Position numbers and translations under genes: made by a program | Part shown: in pieces, positions 36,159 to 45,430 of the stretch | How the letters are laid out: every line of letters starts with the position of its first letter | How positions within the stretch are numbered: position 1 is the stretch's first letter | The notes under the pieces: model-generated | Databases searched by the model: none | Told to the model about the DNA's origin: nothing | What the model saw: the letters and a program-made list of their open reading frames with translations, nothing else | Assembly: GCA_963697775.1 (NCBI GenBank) | Contig: CAVOPH010000003.1 | Coordinates: forward strand, 2,234-66,233 | Length of the DNA stretch: 64,000 bases | Direction of reading: 5' to 3' | Origin: an uncultured Acidobacteriota bacterium | GTDB lineage: Bacteria > Acidobacteriota > Vicinamibacteria > Vicinamibacterales > 2-12-FULL-66-21

Positions 36159-36313
36159 AGCTTCCAGCTGCCAGCTACCAGCTTCCAGCATGAGGAGCTT
36201 CCAGCTACCAGCTTGAAATCAAGTTCGACCGCGCGTGAAAAGCGCCACTCAAAGCACCCCGGTCCTCGCAAACTTGAACTGAGCGGGAAGCTGGAAGCAG
36301 GAAGCTGGAAGCT
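36159..36313. repeat. Inverted heptamer arrays (CCAGCTN / NAGCTGG)
   Basis: Left arm 36159-36215: AGCTTCCAGCTGCCAGCTACCAGCTTCCAGC...AGCTTCCAGCTACCAGCTTG. Right arm 36286-36313: GGGAAGCTGGAAGCAGGAAGCTGGAAGCT. Spacer between the fabF stop and the etfB start. Confidence 0.85.
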
Positions 36314-37553
36314 ATTCATCAAACTTTTTGAACAACAGCGCCCCGTTCGTGCCGCCGAAGCCAAAAGAATTCGACAGGGCGTACTGGATGGCTGCCGGCC
36401 GTTTGACGTTCGGCACGTAATCGAGATCGCACTCCGGGTCGGGCGCCTCGAGATTAATCGTCGGCGGGATCATCTGATGGCGGATCGCCAGGACGGTGAT
36501 GCCCGCCTCCAGGCCGCCGGCGGCGCCGAGCAGATGACCGGTCATCGACTTGGTGGACGAGATCGCCAGCGTGCGGGCGTGATCGCCGAAGAGCCGTTTG
36601 ATCGCGAGCGTTTCGAGCTTGTCGTTATACGGGGTGGAGGTGCCATGGGCGTTGATGTAATCGACCTTGGCGGGCGCGACCCCGGCCTGCTTGATCGCCG
36701 CCTGCATGACGCGCATGCCGCCGTCGCCGTCTTCCGAGGGGGCGGTGATGTGGTACGCGTCCGCGCTCATGCCGTAGCCGACGAGCTCGGCGTAGATTTG
36801 CGCGCCGCGCCGGCGGGCGAACTCGAGTTCTTCGAGAATGATGACCCCCGCGCCCTCGCCCATCACAAAGCCGTCGCGGTCCTTGTCGAACGGGCGGCTC
36901 GCTCGCTCGGGATCGTCGTTACGCGTGGACAACGCGCGCATGGCGGCAAAGCCGCCGACACCCATCGGCGTGATCGCCGCCTCGGAGCCGCCGGCAATCA
37001 TGACGTCGGCATCGTTACGGCGGATGATCTCGAACGCATCGCCGATCGCGTGAGCGGAGGCTGAACAGGCCGTGCACGTCGCGGAATTGGGCCCCTTGGC
37101 CCCGAAGCGAATGGAAACCTGGCCGGCAGCGAGATTGATGATGGCGGCTGGAATGAAGAAGGGAGAAATCCGCCGCGGACCGCCTTCGAGCAGCGCCTTG
37201 TGCTCGCGCTCGATCGTGCTGAACCCGCCGATCCCCGACGCGATGAACACGCCCGTCCGTGTGGCCCATTCCGGGCTCACCTTCAGCTTCGCATCGGCCA
37301 TGGCGAAATCCGCCGCGGCGATCGCCAGCTGGATGAAGACGTCCATCTTCTTGACGTCTTTCTTGTCCACGAACTGCAGTGGATCGAACTGCTTGACCTC
37401 GCCGGCAATTCGCGCGGAGAACTGCGTCGCGTCAAACCGCGTAATCGGTCCGATCCCGCTCTGCCCGGCGCAGAGTGCTTCCCAGTTCGTTTGGGTCCCT
37501 ATGCCGAGTGGCGACACGAGGCCGACACCCGTCACGACGACTCGCCTGCTCAA
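36312..37553 (-). CDS. fabF: 3-oxoacyl-ACP synthase II
   Basis: [15 protein letters not shown]..., active-site region [15 protein letters not shown]-terminal [11 protein letters not shown]. Start taken as TTG 37553 (GGGGAGG 5 nt upstream). The ORF track extends to 37574. Confidence 0.9.
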   Translation of the reverse strand: MSRRVVVTGVGLVSPLGIGTQTNWEALCAGQSGIGPITRFDATQFSARIAGEVKQFDPLQFVDKKDVKKMDVFIQLAIAAADFAMADAKLKVSPEWATRTGVFIASGIGGFSTIEREHKALLEGGPRRISPFFIPAAIINLAAGQVSIRFGAKGPNSATCTACSASAHAIGDAFEIIRRNDADVMIAGGSEAAITPMGVGGFAAMRALSTRNDDPERASRPFDKDRDGFVMGEGAGVIILEELEFARRRGAQIYAELVGYGMSADAYHITAPSEDGDGGMRVMQAAIKQAGVAPAKVDYINAHGTSTPYNDKLETLAIKRLFGDHARTLAISSTKSMTGHLLGAAGGLEAGITVLAIRHQMIPPTINLEAPDPECDLDYVPNVKRPAAIQYALSNSFGFGGTNGALLFKKFDE

Positions 37554-37588
37554 ACCGCCTCCCCTGGGAGGCAACCCGAAGGGCTGCC

Positions 37589-37828
37589 CTACTTCTTCTT
37601 GCTATGAGACTCGATGTATTCGACCGCTTCCTTCACCCGCGTGATCTTCTCGGCATCCTCGTCGGGAATCTCAATCCCGAATTCCTCTTCGAACGCCATG
37701 ACCAGCTCCACGGTATCGAGCGAGTCCGCGCCGAGGTCGTCCACAAACGACGCATCTGGAGTCACTTCTTCTTCATCGACTCCCAGCTGCTCCACGATGA
37801 TGCCCTTCACTTTGTCTGCAACCGCCAT
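37589..37828 (-). CDS. acpP: Acyl carrier protein
   Basis: 79 aa with the [19 protein letters not shown] phosphopantetheine-attachment motif. Confidence 0.95.
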   Translation of the reverse strand: MAVADKVKGIIVEQLGVDEEEVTPDASFVDDLGADSLDTVELVMAFEEEFGIEIPDEDAEKITRVKEAVEYIESHSKKK

Positions 37829-37866
37829 TCAGTCCTCCATCACGGCTTTCAACAGAAAACGCCGCG

Positions 37867-38608
37867 CTAGGTATACATCCCGCCATTGACCGCCAGCACG
37901 TGCCCCGTAATATACGACGCCTCGTCTGACGCAAGAAAGCAAACAGCCGACGCGATATCGGCGGGTGTGCCCAGGCGCCGCAGCGGAATCTTCGACGCCC
38001 ATTCATCACGCGCCTGCTCGGTCAACGCGCGTGTCATATCCGTTTCGATCAACCCCGGCGCAACGACGTTCGCCGTGATGCCGCGCGACGCCACTTCGAG
38101 CGCCAGCGCTTTGGTAAAGCCGATCAGCCCGGCCTTCGACGCCGCGTAGTTCGCCTGACCGGCATTGCCGCTCTGCCCGACAACCGAGCTGATGGAGATG
38201 ATTCGGCCGCCGCGCTGACGAATCATCGGCTTCAGCACCGCCTGGGACAACGCGAACGCGGCGGTCAGGTTCGTTGCGATCACCGCGTCCCAGTCAGCGC
38301 GCTTCATCCGCAACAGCAGCTGATCGCGCGCGATCCCGGCATTGTTCACCAGGATGTCGATGCGCGAATGCCGCTCGACCGTGTCCGCCACGAGTCGCTC
38401 AGCCGCTCCGGCCTCGGTGACGTCCAGGCTGACCGCCTCTGCACGTCCACCCGCAGCCACGAATCTCGTCCACCACCGGCCGCGCGTTCTCGCCGCGCGC
38501 CGCCGCCACGACCACCGCGCCCTGCCCCGCCAGCTGCTGCGCAATCGCTCGCCCGATGCCACGGGACGCTCCCGTCACGATCGCGACTCGATCGCTCAGA
38601 TCAATCAT
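37867..38608 (-). CDS. fabG: 3-oxoacyl-ACP reductase, interrupted by a single extra base near 38457
   Basis: The N-terminus [23 protein letters not shown]...VVDEIR is in ORF 38399..38608. The rest ([17 protein letters not shown]...NNAG...YAASKAG...) is in ORF 37867..38562. The span is 742 nt, which is 247 codons plus 1 nt. The junction CGT-G-GCT-GCG has one surplus G. Confidence 0.85.
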
Positions 38609-38614
38609 ATTCGC

Positions 38615-38653
38615 AGCTTCCAGCTTCCGGCTACCAGCTTCCAGCTCTCAGCC
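38615..38653. repeat. Heptamer array (CCAGCTT/CCGGCTA/CCAGCTC)
   Basis: AGCTTCCAGCTTCCGGCTACCAGCTTCCAGCTCTCAGCC. It begins 7 nt upstream of the fabG ATG and contains the fabD stop codon. The last fabD residues LRAGSW are encoded by the array. Confidence 0.8.
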
Positions 38654-39569
38654 AGTCCTCGAACCCCTTCTCGTCCTCGATGCTCATCACGTTCACACCG
38701 CGATTGATCTTCTTGATGAGACCTGCAAGCACCGAGCCCGGTCCCAGTTCCACGAAGGTCGTCGCGCCTTCCGCGATCAGGCGCTGCACGACCTGTTCCC
38801 ACCTCACCGGCGACGACACCTGGCGTATCAGTGCCTCGATCGCCGCGCCGGCGTCGCGCTTGGGCTCGGCGTCCACGTTGGCAACCACTGGAATCTTTGG
38901 ATCCGACGTCGGGAGCGCGCGCAGTTCCGGCGCCAGACGATCCTCGGCAGGCTTCATCAGCGCGCAGTGGAAGGGAGCGCTGACCGCGAGCGGGATCGCA
39001 CGCTTCGCACCGAGCTCTTTCGCACGCTCGCTGGCCTTCGCGACCGCGTCAGCGTGTCCGGCGATGACGACCTGTCCCGGCGCATTGAGGTTTGCTGGAG
39101 AGACGACACGGCCCGCGAGCGCCGTCATCGTTTCTGCGCAGGCGCTTGACACCGTCTCGGCATCGAGGCCGAGAATGGCAGCCATCGCCCCTTCGCCTAC
39201 CGGGACGGCTTCCTGCATATATCGCCCGCGACGCCGCACAGTTCGAAGGGCATCCGCGAAGGATAGCGTACCGGCAGCGACGTGCGCCGCATACTCGCCG
39301 AGACTGTGACCTGCGGCGAACGATGCTCGGACACCGCGGGATTCGACCAGCCGCAGGACCGCGACGCTCATCGCGAGAATGGCCGGCTGCGTGTTTTCGG
39401 TCAGGAGGAGCCTCTCGTCCGGACCTTCGAAACACAGCGTGCTCAGCGACTCTCCGAGTGCGGCATCAGCCTCGGCAAACGCGTCGCGGCACACGGGAAA
39501 GTTTTCCGCGAGCGATTTCCCCATCCCGACCTTTTGCGCGCCCTGGCCGGGAAAGACGAATGCAATCAT
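38631..39569 (-). CDS. fabD: Malonyl-CoA:ACP transacylase
   Basis: 312 aa. [16 protein letters not shown], active-site GHSLGEY. Confidence 0.9.
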   Translation of the reverse strand: MIAFVFPGQGAQKVGMGKSLAENFPVCRDAFAEADAALGESLSTLCFEGPDERLLLTENTQPAILAMSVAVLRLVESRGVRASFAAGHSLGEYAAHVAAGTLSFADALRTVRRRGRYMQEAVPVGEGAMAAILGLDAETVSSACAETMTALAGRVVSPANLNAPGQVVIAGHADAVAKASERAKELGAKRAIPLAVSAPFHCALMKPAEDRLAPELRALPTSDPKIPVVANVDAEPKRDAGAAIEALIRQVSSPVRWEQVVQRLIAEGATTFVELGPGSVLAGLIKKINRGVNVMSIEDEKGFEDWLRAGSW

Positions 39570-40582
39570 CGGATGTGACCTTCTGACGTCGTCGAAGCGA
39601 CCTGTCGTGACAGCTGATCGATCAATCCCTGGCTGACGAAACGTGCCGCCATGGCGACGCCGTTGCGAACCGCCTTGGCAGACGATCGGCCGTGACCGAC
39701 GATGCAGAGGCCATTGAGGCCGACGAGCGGGGCGCCGCCATATTCGGATGGATCGACGCGTCGGCGGAACCTGCGGAATGCCTGACGCGACAGAAGATAT
39801 CCAACTCGCGTTCCAAACGTCGACGACAGCTCCTCGTGCAGGATCGTCTGCACGGCGTCGACGAGCCCTTCGCTGATCTTCAGCGTCACGTTTCCGGTGA
39901 AACCGTCACAGACGATGACGTCGACGTCGCCGGCAAACACATGGCGCCCTTCGACATTGCCGGCAAAGTCGATTGGGGCGGTCTTGAGCAGCTGATGAGC
40001 CTCGCGCGTCAGGTCGTTTCCCTTGCTCTCCTCTTCGCCCACCGACAGCAACCCGACCCGCGGCGAGCGGCAGCCGAGCGCCACACGCGCGTAAGCCGCA
40101 CCCATGATTGCGAACTGCACCAGATGCTGCGGCCGGCATTCGACCGTCGCGCCAGAATCCAGGAGCACGGCGGGTTGCCTGCGCGTCGGCACAATGGTGG
40201 CCAGCGCCGGTCGATCGACGCCAGGCAGCCTGCCGAACGCACCGATCGCCGCCATGACCGACGCGCCCGTGTGTCCGGCGCTGAAGACCGCCGCGGCATC
40301 GCCACGGTGTACCGCCTCGGCTGCCAGCCGGATCGAGGCCCGCGGCTTGCGCCGCAGCGCCGTCGTCGCCGATTCGCTCATGGCAATGGATTCGGGCGTC
40401 TCGAGGATCTCGAGATCGAGGGCTGCTCTGCGGGGATGCCGCGCGAGCTCGCGTTCAATCGTCGCGCGATCGCCCACGAGCAGCAATCCGATCTGCAGAT
40501 GGCGGGCCGCGACCAGGGAGCCGTCAATGATGGTTCCCGGCCCTTCGTCGCCGCCCATCACATCGATGGCGATGCGCATCAT
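39566..40582 (-). CDS. plsX: Phosphate acyltransferase
   Basis: 338 aa. MMRIAIDVMGGDEGP...GFTGNVTLK. Its TGA overlaps the fabD ATG (ATGA). Confidence 0.9.
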   Translation of the reverse strand: MMRIAIDVMGGDEGPGTIIDGSLVAARHLQIGLLLVGDRATIERELARHPRRAALDLEILETPESIAMSESATTALRRKPRASIRLAAEAVHRGDAAAVFSAGHTGASVMAAIGAFGRLPGVDRPALATIVPTRRQPAVLLDSGATVECRPQHLVQFAIMGAAYARVALGCRSPRVGLLSVGEEESKGNDLTREAHQLLKTAPIDFAGNVEGRHVFAGDVDVIVCDGFTGNVTLKISEGLVDAVQTILHEELSSTFGTRVGYLLSRQAFRRFRRRVDPSEYGGAPLVGLNGLCIVGHGRSSAKAVRNGVAMAARFVSQGLIDQLSRQVASTTSEGHIR

Positions 40583-40587
40583 CTTTC

Positions 40588-40732
40588 AGGTTCTGCGAGG
40601 TTCTACAGGGTTCTACCAGGTTCTGCGGGGTTCGTTCAGGTTCTGCCGGGTTCCGCGCGCCGAACCTTCTAGAACCGGAACGAACCTTGTAGAACCAAGT
40701 AGAACCCAGTAGAACCTTGTAGAACCTGGTTT
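40588..40732. repeat. Long imperfect palindrome built from about 6+7 decamer units with a GGTTC / GAACC core
   Basis: Left arm: GGTTCTGCGA GGTTCTACAG GGTTCTACCA GGTTCTGCGG GGTTCGTTCA GGTTCTGCCG GGTTCC. Centre: GCGCGCC. Right arm: GAACCTTCTA GAACCGGAAC GAACCTTGTA GAACCAAGTA GAACCCAGTA GAACCTTGTA GAACC. Fills the plsX / rpmF spacer. Confidence 0.85.
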
Positions 40733-40734
40733 CG

Positions 40735-40917
40735 TTAGGCTTCGTCTATCGGACGGACCTGGCGGCCCTTGTAGTAACCGCAGTGCGGGCAAACCTGATG
40801 CGGCGCCTTCGACTCGCGACACTGGGGACACGTTCCCACGGGCACCGGACTCAACGCGTCGTGCGTGCGCCGCTTGGCTGTCCGCGTCTTGGAATGGCGG
40901 CGTTTAGGATTCGGCAC
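40735..40917 (-). CDS. rpmF: 50S ribosomal protein L32
   Basis: GTG 40917. (M)PNPKRRHSKTRTAKRRTHDAL...CPQCRESKAPHQVCPHCGYYKG, 60 aa. The long ORF 40735..41259 is an upstream read-through in the same frame. Confidence 0.85.
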   Translation of the reverse strand: MPNPKRRHSKTRTAKRRTHDALSPVPVGTCPQCRESKAPHQVCPHCGYYKGRQVRPIDEA

Positions 40918-40919
40918 GT

Positions 40920-41450
40920 CTAGTTCTCCTTCTCTCGATTCAACAGTTCCTTCAGCGTCTCGAGCCGGGGATCGACCCACTTCGGTCTGCACTCGCAGGC
41001 GGCGCGATTCAAGTTGGCGCCGCACTCGGGGCACAAGCCGCGGCACGATTCCGCGCACAACGGCTTCATCGGCAGCGCGAGCTGAAACTGCTCGCGCAGC
41101 ATCTCGATCACGTCCAGCGCTCCCTCCCTGTAAAAGGAGGTCGTCAAGTCGTCTTCGCCGATCTCGTCTTCGGCTGCAGCCGTGTCCGGTTGGGGCACAT
41201 ACCGCAGCTCGAACCGGGCATCCACGGGCACTTCGAACTCGTCGAGGCAGCGGCCGCACTCCATCTGGAGCCGCGTGGCCGCCCGGCCTGTGACCCGGAA
41301 TACTCCGTCACCAGCTTTCTCGATATCAATCGCGACATCGACCGGTGACGCCACCCGATAATCCTCGTCCGGCGGTTCAAATGCGGACGGCTGGAACGTC
41401 CGCTCGAAGTGCTCTCGCTGGCCGCGAAGCTTGCTGAGATCGAGGAGCAT
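40920..41450 (-). CDS. DUF177 / YceD-family protein
   Basis: 176 aa. Acidic, with a C-terminal CAESCRGLCPECGANLNRAACEC motif. Conserved position upstream of rpmF-plsX. Confidence 0.8.
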   Translation of the reverse strand: MLLDLSKLRGQREHFERTFQPSAFEPPDEDYRVASPVDVAIDIEKAGDGVFRVTGRAATRLQMECGRCLDEFEVPVDARFELRYVPQPDTAAAEDEIGEDDLTTSFYREGALDVIEMLREQFQLALPMKPLCAESCRGLCPECGANLNRAACECRPKWVDPRLETLKELLNREKEN

Positions 41451-41588
41451 GGGTCTCTACGCGCCCACCCCGGATGGGCGCGAACCTCCGATTATACCTT
41501 AGAAAACCCTCGTTCCTGGCGGCTCCCGGCTTCCGGCTCCTGGCCTGCCCTGAGCGAGCGTACGGTTCGCGCGAGTCGAAGGGATCAC

Positions 41589-41620
41589 TTTTTACTTTTA
41601 ACTTTTAACTTTTAACTTTC
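41589..41620. repeat. Heptamer array (TTTTAAC)n
   Basis: TTTTACTTTTAACTTTTAACTTTTAACTTTC abutting the stop of the dGTPase-like gene. A second short array, GGCTCCCGGCTTCCGGCTCCTGGCC, lies at about 41521-41545. Confidence 0.8.
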
Positions 41621-42679
41621 TCACCGTTCCTCCCCTCCGCCCACCCACGATTTCGGGATGAACAGCTGCTCGTAGAGGCTGACGGCGTAGCGGTCGGTCA
41701 TGCCGGCCAGGAAGTCGCGGGCCGCGGCGTCGAGGCCCTCTTCGTCAATCGTCCGCGTGTCCAGGAACTCGGCCGGACGCTCGCGCACCTTCTCCCACAA
41801 CCCGCCGAGGATGCCGCCGGCCTTCTTGAATTCGGCGGTCGCCACCTCGTTTTCGTAGACCGCCTCGAACAGGAAACTGCGCAGCCCGACGGTCGCATCG
41901 AGAATGCGATCGCTCATTCGAATCTCGCCAAGACCGCCTTCGAGACTCTGGACCACGACATCGGTGACCATGCGGCCAATGCGCTCGGAAGAACTGGCGC
42001 CGAGGACCTCCACGCGATTCGACGGCAGATCCTCTTCCTTCAGCAGACCCGCCCTCACCGCATCGTCGATGTCGTGATTCACGTAGGCAATGATGTCGGC
42101 GACTCGTGCAATCTGCCCTTCGATCGTGCTGGCGCGATGCTCCGGATCCGCGCCGACAGGCATGCCGCTCTTTCCCTTCGAATGGCGGGCAATCCCGTCG
42201 CGGACCTCCCATGTCAGGTTCAGACCGGCGCGATCCTTCTCGAGCACGTCGACGATCCGCAGGCTCTGTTCGTAATGATTGAACCCGCCCGGGATGAGAT
42301 CGCTGAGCACGCGTTCCCCGGCGTGACCAAACGGCGTGTGACCCAGATCGTGCCCAAGCGCGATCGCCTCGGTCAGCTCTTCGTTCAAGCGCAGCACCTT
42401 CGCGATGCTCCGCGCGATTTGCGACACTTCGAGCGTGTGGGTCAATCGGGTCCGATAGTGATCGCCGGTCGGCGCAAAGAACACCTGGGTCTTGTGCTTC
42501 AACCGTCGAAAGGCCTTGCAGTGGATGACGCGATCGCGATCGCGCTGAAAGGCCGGGCGGATCGGATCCTCGGGCTCGGGTCGCAGCCGGCCCCGCGTAT
42601 CGCCGCTCTTGGCCGCCTGCGGCGCGAGGATTTGACGTTCGCGCTCCTCGAGTTGTTCACGAATGTTAACCGGCGACAT
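41621..42679 (-). CDS. Deoxyguanosinetriphosphate triphosphohydrolase-like HD-domain protein
   Basis: 352 aa. FRRLKHKTQVF...THTLEVSQIARSIA...LGHDLGHTPFGHAGE. Confidence 0.85.
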   Translation of the reverse strand: MSPVNIREQLEERERQILAPQAAKSGDTRGRLRPEPEDPIRPAFQRDRDRVIHCKAFRRLKHKTQVFFAPTGDHYRTRLTHTLEVSQIARSIAKVLRLNEELTEAIALGHDLGHTPFGHAGERVLSDLIPGGFNHYEQSLRIVDVLEKDRAGLNLTWEVRDGIARHSKGKSGMPVGADPEHRASTIEGQIARVADIIAYVNHDIDDAVRAGLLKEEDLPSNRVEVLGASSSERIGRMVTDVVVQSLEGGLGEIRMSDRILDATVGLRSFLFEAVYENEVATAEFKKAGGILGGLWEKVRERPAEFLDTRTIDEEGLDAAARDFLAGMTDRYAVSLYEQLFIPKSWVGGGEER

Positions 42680-42727
42680 TGCTCTCTCGGACGACAGCCA
42701 CGTTCACGCTGCATTGACACAAAGTGA

Positions 42728-42947
42728 AAACAGGAGAAATGAGAAAGGAGAACATTACAAGTGGTTTCATAACCTGCTCCGGTTCGCACTAGCTCTCACG
42801 CCAAGATCGCACAGCGTTTTCGCAGCGCGCGCCGAAAACCATCTCGCGCAGAGATCGCTGAGGACGCGGAGAAGAAAAGGTGCTGCGGGCTCTGCGTCCT
42901 CTGCGCGAGCCTGACTATTGATTCTCCTTTCTCCCTTCTCCTGTTTG
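42728..42947. repeat. Inverted pair of heptamer arrays (AGGAGAA / TTCTCCT) flanking about 170 bp
   Basis: 42728-42753: AAACAGGAGAAATGAGAAAGGAGAAC. 42923-42947: TTCTCCTTTCTCCCTTCTCCTGTTT. The second arm encodes the last residues (EQTGEGRKE) of the deoB ORF. Confidence 0.75.
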
Positions 42948-44138
42948 CTCTTTGGCAAGAAGGATCGATCGAAGAAAGCTGGATCCATGGTCAAGGTGTG
43001 CAACGCCTAGCGCTTCGGCGATGGTCTGCCCCAGATCGGCAAACGTCTTCCGCGTACCGATGTCCACACCGGAACGAACCAAGTGCCCGGCCAAAAACAC
43101 GGGCACGTACTCGCGCGCGTGGTCGGTACTCGGCGTCGTCGGATCGTTGCCGTGATCCGCGGTCACCACGAGGAGGTCCCGCGGCTGGAGCTGAGTCAGC
43201 ACCTCGCCGAGCCGGGCGTCTGCGCGCTCGAGATTCGCGGCATATCCAGCAACGTCGTTGCGGTGCCCGTATTGCGTGTCGAAATCTACGAGGTTCGTGA
43301 AAACCAGGCCGCGGGGCGTCGTCGTCATCGCCCTGAGCACCTCGTCCATCCCGTGATCGTCATTCGTTGTGTGCGTCGCCGCCGTGATCCCACGACCAGC
43401 AAAGAGATCTTCGATCTTGCCAATCGCGACGACCGGCAGGCCTGCGTCCTTGACTCGATCGAGCAACGTCGGCGCCGGCGGCGTCAACGCGAAATCGCGA
43501 CGATTGGCCGTGCGCTGGAATGATCCTGGTGACCCGATGAACGGCCGGGCGATCACACGACCCACGCCAAGACCTCGTCCGGCCAGATCGAACGCGATTT
43601 CACACCATCGATAGAGTTCTCCGACCGGCACGACATCTTCGTGAGCGGCAATCTGAAACACACTGTCGGCCGAGGTGTAGACGATCGGCTTGCCGGTGCG
43701 CACGTGCTCCGCGCCAAGCTCCTCGATGATCACCGTACCGCTCGCCGCCTTGTTGGCCAGCGTGCCGCGGCCAATGCGACGCTCGAATTCGTCCATCAGG
43801 TCGCGCGGGAATCCGTGAGGAAATACCGGAAACGCCTGCTCGAGCACGAGGCCGCTGATCTCCCAGTGGCCGGTCACTGAGTCTTTACCGGGAGAGGCCT
43901 CCGCCATGCGGCCGAAAGCTCCGATCGGATCGGGCTCGGCCTGGAGGCGATTCACGTTCGCGACCCGGCTGAGACCCAGGCGGCGCAGGTTCGGAACGAT
44001 GAGCGGGACGCGTCGCGCGATGTTGCCGAGGGTGTCGCTGCCCGTGTCGCCGTAGTCGCCAGCGTCTGGCAACTCGCCACAGCCCATGCTGTCGAACACG
44101 ATCAGGATGACGCGGTCTGGAACGGCCGGCGTGCTCAA
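42915..44138 (-). CDS. deoB: Phosphopentomutase
   Basis: 407 aa. RVILIVFDSMGCGELPDAGDYGDTGSDTLGNI...TADHGNDPT. TTG start directly after the hfq stop. Confidence 0.9.
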   Translation of the reverse strand: MSTPAVPDRVILIVFDSMGCGELPDAGDYGDTGSDTLGNIARRVPLIVPNLRRLGLSRVANVNRLQAEPDPIGAFGRMAEASPGKDSVTGHWEISGLVLEQAFPVFPHGFPRDLMDEFERRIGRGTLANKAASGTVIIEELGAEHVRTGKPIVYTSADSVFQIAAHEDVVPVGELYRWCEIAFDLAGRGLGVGRVIARPFIGSPGSFQRTANRRDFALTPPAPTLLDRVKDAGLPVVAIGKIEDLFAGRGITAATHTTNDDHGMDEVLRAMTTTPRGLVFTNLVDFDTQYGHRNDVAGYAANLERADARLGEVLTQLQPRDLLVVTADHGNDPTTPSTDHAREYVPVFLAGHLVRSGVDIGTRKTFADLGQTIAEALGVAHLDHGSSFLRSILLAKEQTGEGRKENQ

Positions 44139-44402
44139 TCAGGAATCGTGCGAAGAGTAGTAGTTGCTCATCGGCCGCGGCGATTTGATCGTGGCAATGG
44201 CGTGCTTGAAAATCATGTGGTCCGCGCCGCTGTGCTCGACGATGACCGCGAAACGATCGAAATTCTTCACCCGCCCTTCCAGATCGGTCCCATCCATGAG
44301 GCGGATCTGTACGGCGAGCTTTTCGCGGCGCGCGTAATTCAGAAACACGTCCTGAATGTTGGGCTGCGCGGAGGCGGGGCGAGACTCACGGGTTGTCGGC
44401 AT
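44139..44402 (-). CDS. hfq: RNA chaperone Hfq
   Basis: ATG 44402. IQDVFLNYARREKLAVQIRLMDGTDLEGRVKNFDRFAVIVEHSGADHMIFKHAIATI (Sm1/Sm2 motifs). Classical miaA-hfq order. Confidence 0.9.
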   Translation of the reverse strand: MPTTRESRPASAQPNIQDVFLNYARREKLAVQIRLMDGTDLEGRVKNFDRFAVIVEHSGADHMIFKHAIATIKSPRPMSNYYSSHDS

Positions 44403-45339
44403 CGCGGCTGATCTCCAGGGCCGCGAGGACACGAGCGACTTCCTCCGTAGTCGACTCGAGTTGGCCAGCGGCGTGAATCCATTGTAGATTAGGCTCTTTC
44501 CGGAACCAGATCAACTGCCGGCGTGCGTACTTGCGATTCTCCCTCGCGATGAGCTCGCGGGTCGCCGGTTCGTCGCGCACGCCGTGCAGGTGGTCGAGCG
44601 CTTGACGATAGACGAGGCCCGTGAAGGGGTGGGCCGTCTCCGGAATCCCCGACGCGAGGATCCCCCGAATCTCGTCCAGCAGCCCCTGCTCGAACTGCGC
44701 GTCCACACGCGCCGCGACGCGCGCCGCCGTCAGCTCGGGGGCAATCTGCAGCGCGAACGCTACGACCTCGTATTCAGGCAGCGGGGCCTCGGTCTCGGCG
44801 AAATGTGTCGTTAACGGACGCCGGGTGAGAACGTAGACTTCCAGGGCACGGACCAGCCGCTTTCGATCGTGGGCGTGAATCCGTGCCGCGGATTCGGGGT
44901 CGACGCGGCGAAGCAGCGTCTGAAGACGCTCCACTCCCTTTCGATTGGCAATCCGCTCCAGCCTGGCGCGTGTGGCCGTATCCCGCGCCGGTCCTGGAAA
45001 GAATCCACGCGTCAGAGCGCGGTAATACAGCCCGGTTCCGCCGACGACAATCGGCAGCCTCCCACGCGCGGTGATGTCGCGGATGGTCGCCGCTGCCTCA
45101 CGGGCGTAGCGAGCGGCGGAGTACTCCTCGGTCGGGTCGGCGACGTCAATCAGATGGTGTGGAACTCCTTGCCGTCCGGCCAGCGGCACTTTATCGGTCC
45201 CGATATCGAACCGGCGGTAGACCGCGGTTGAATCGCAGCTGACGACTTCCCCATTGAAGCGGTGCGCGAGCGCAATCGCGAGCGCGCTCTTGCCGGTCGC
45301 GGTTGGACCGACAATCGCCACGACCCGCGGGCGCGGCAT
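44386..45339 (-). CDS. miaA: tRNA dimethylallyltransferase
   Basis: ATG 45339. MPRPRVVAIVGPTATGKSALAIALA...VVSCDSTAVYRRFDIGTDK. The 76-codon extension in ORF 44386..45567 is Arg/Pro-rich and was discarded. Confidence 0.9.
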   Translation of the reverse strand: MPRPRVVAIVGPTATGKSALAIALAHRFNGEVVSCDSTAVYRRFDIGTDKVPLAGRQGVPHHLIDVADPTEEYSAARYAREAAATIRDITARGRLPIVVGGTGLYYRALTRGFFPGPARDTATRARLERIANRKGVERLQTLLRRVDPESAARIHAHDRKRLVRALEVYVLTRRPLTTHFAETEAPLPEYEVVAFALQIAPELTAARVAARVDAQFEQGLLDEIRGILASGIPETAHPFTGLVYRQALDHLHGVRDEPATRELIARENRKYARRQLIWFRKEPNLQWIHAAGQLESTTEEVARVLAALEISRDADNP

Positions 45340-45430
45340 CAGAGGTGCGTCATGACGCGCGCCAGCGCCAGCACGACCAGCGCGGCAAGCGCGAACAGCA
45401 GCCCGATCTGTTGCGTCTCGGTCGGGCGAA

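Noticed and set aside
35736-37064. 442-aa plus-strand ORF across etfB and fabF. Likewise 50348..51655, 53508..55016, 39692..40672 and 57856..58731
   Set aside because: They lie antisense to unambiguous housekeeping genes (etfB/fabF, MqnC/E, UbiD-type, plsX, fabZ-lpxA), and their composition is Arg-rich nonsense.
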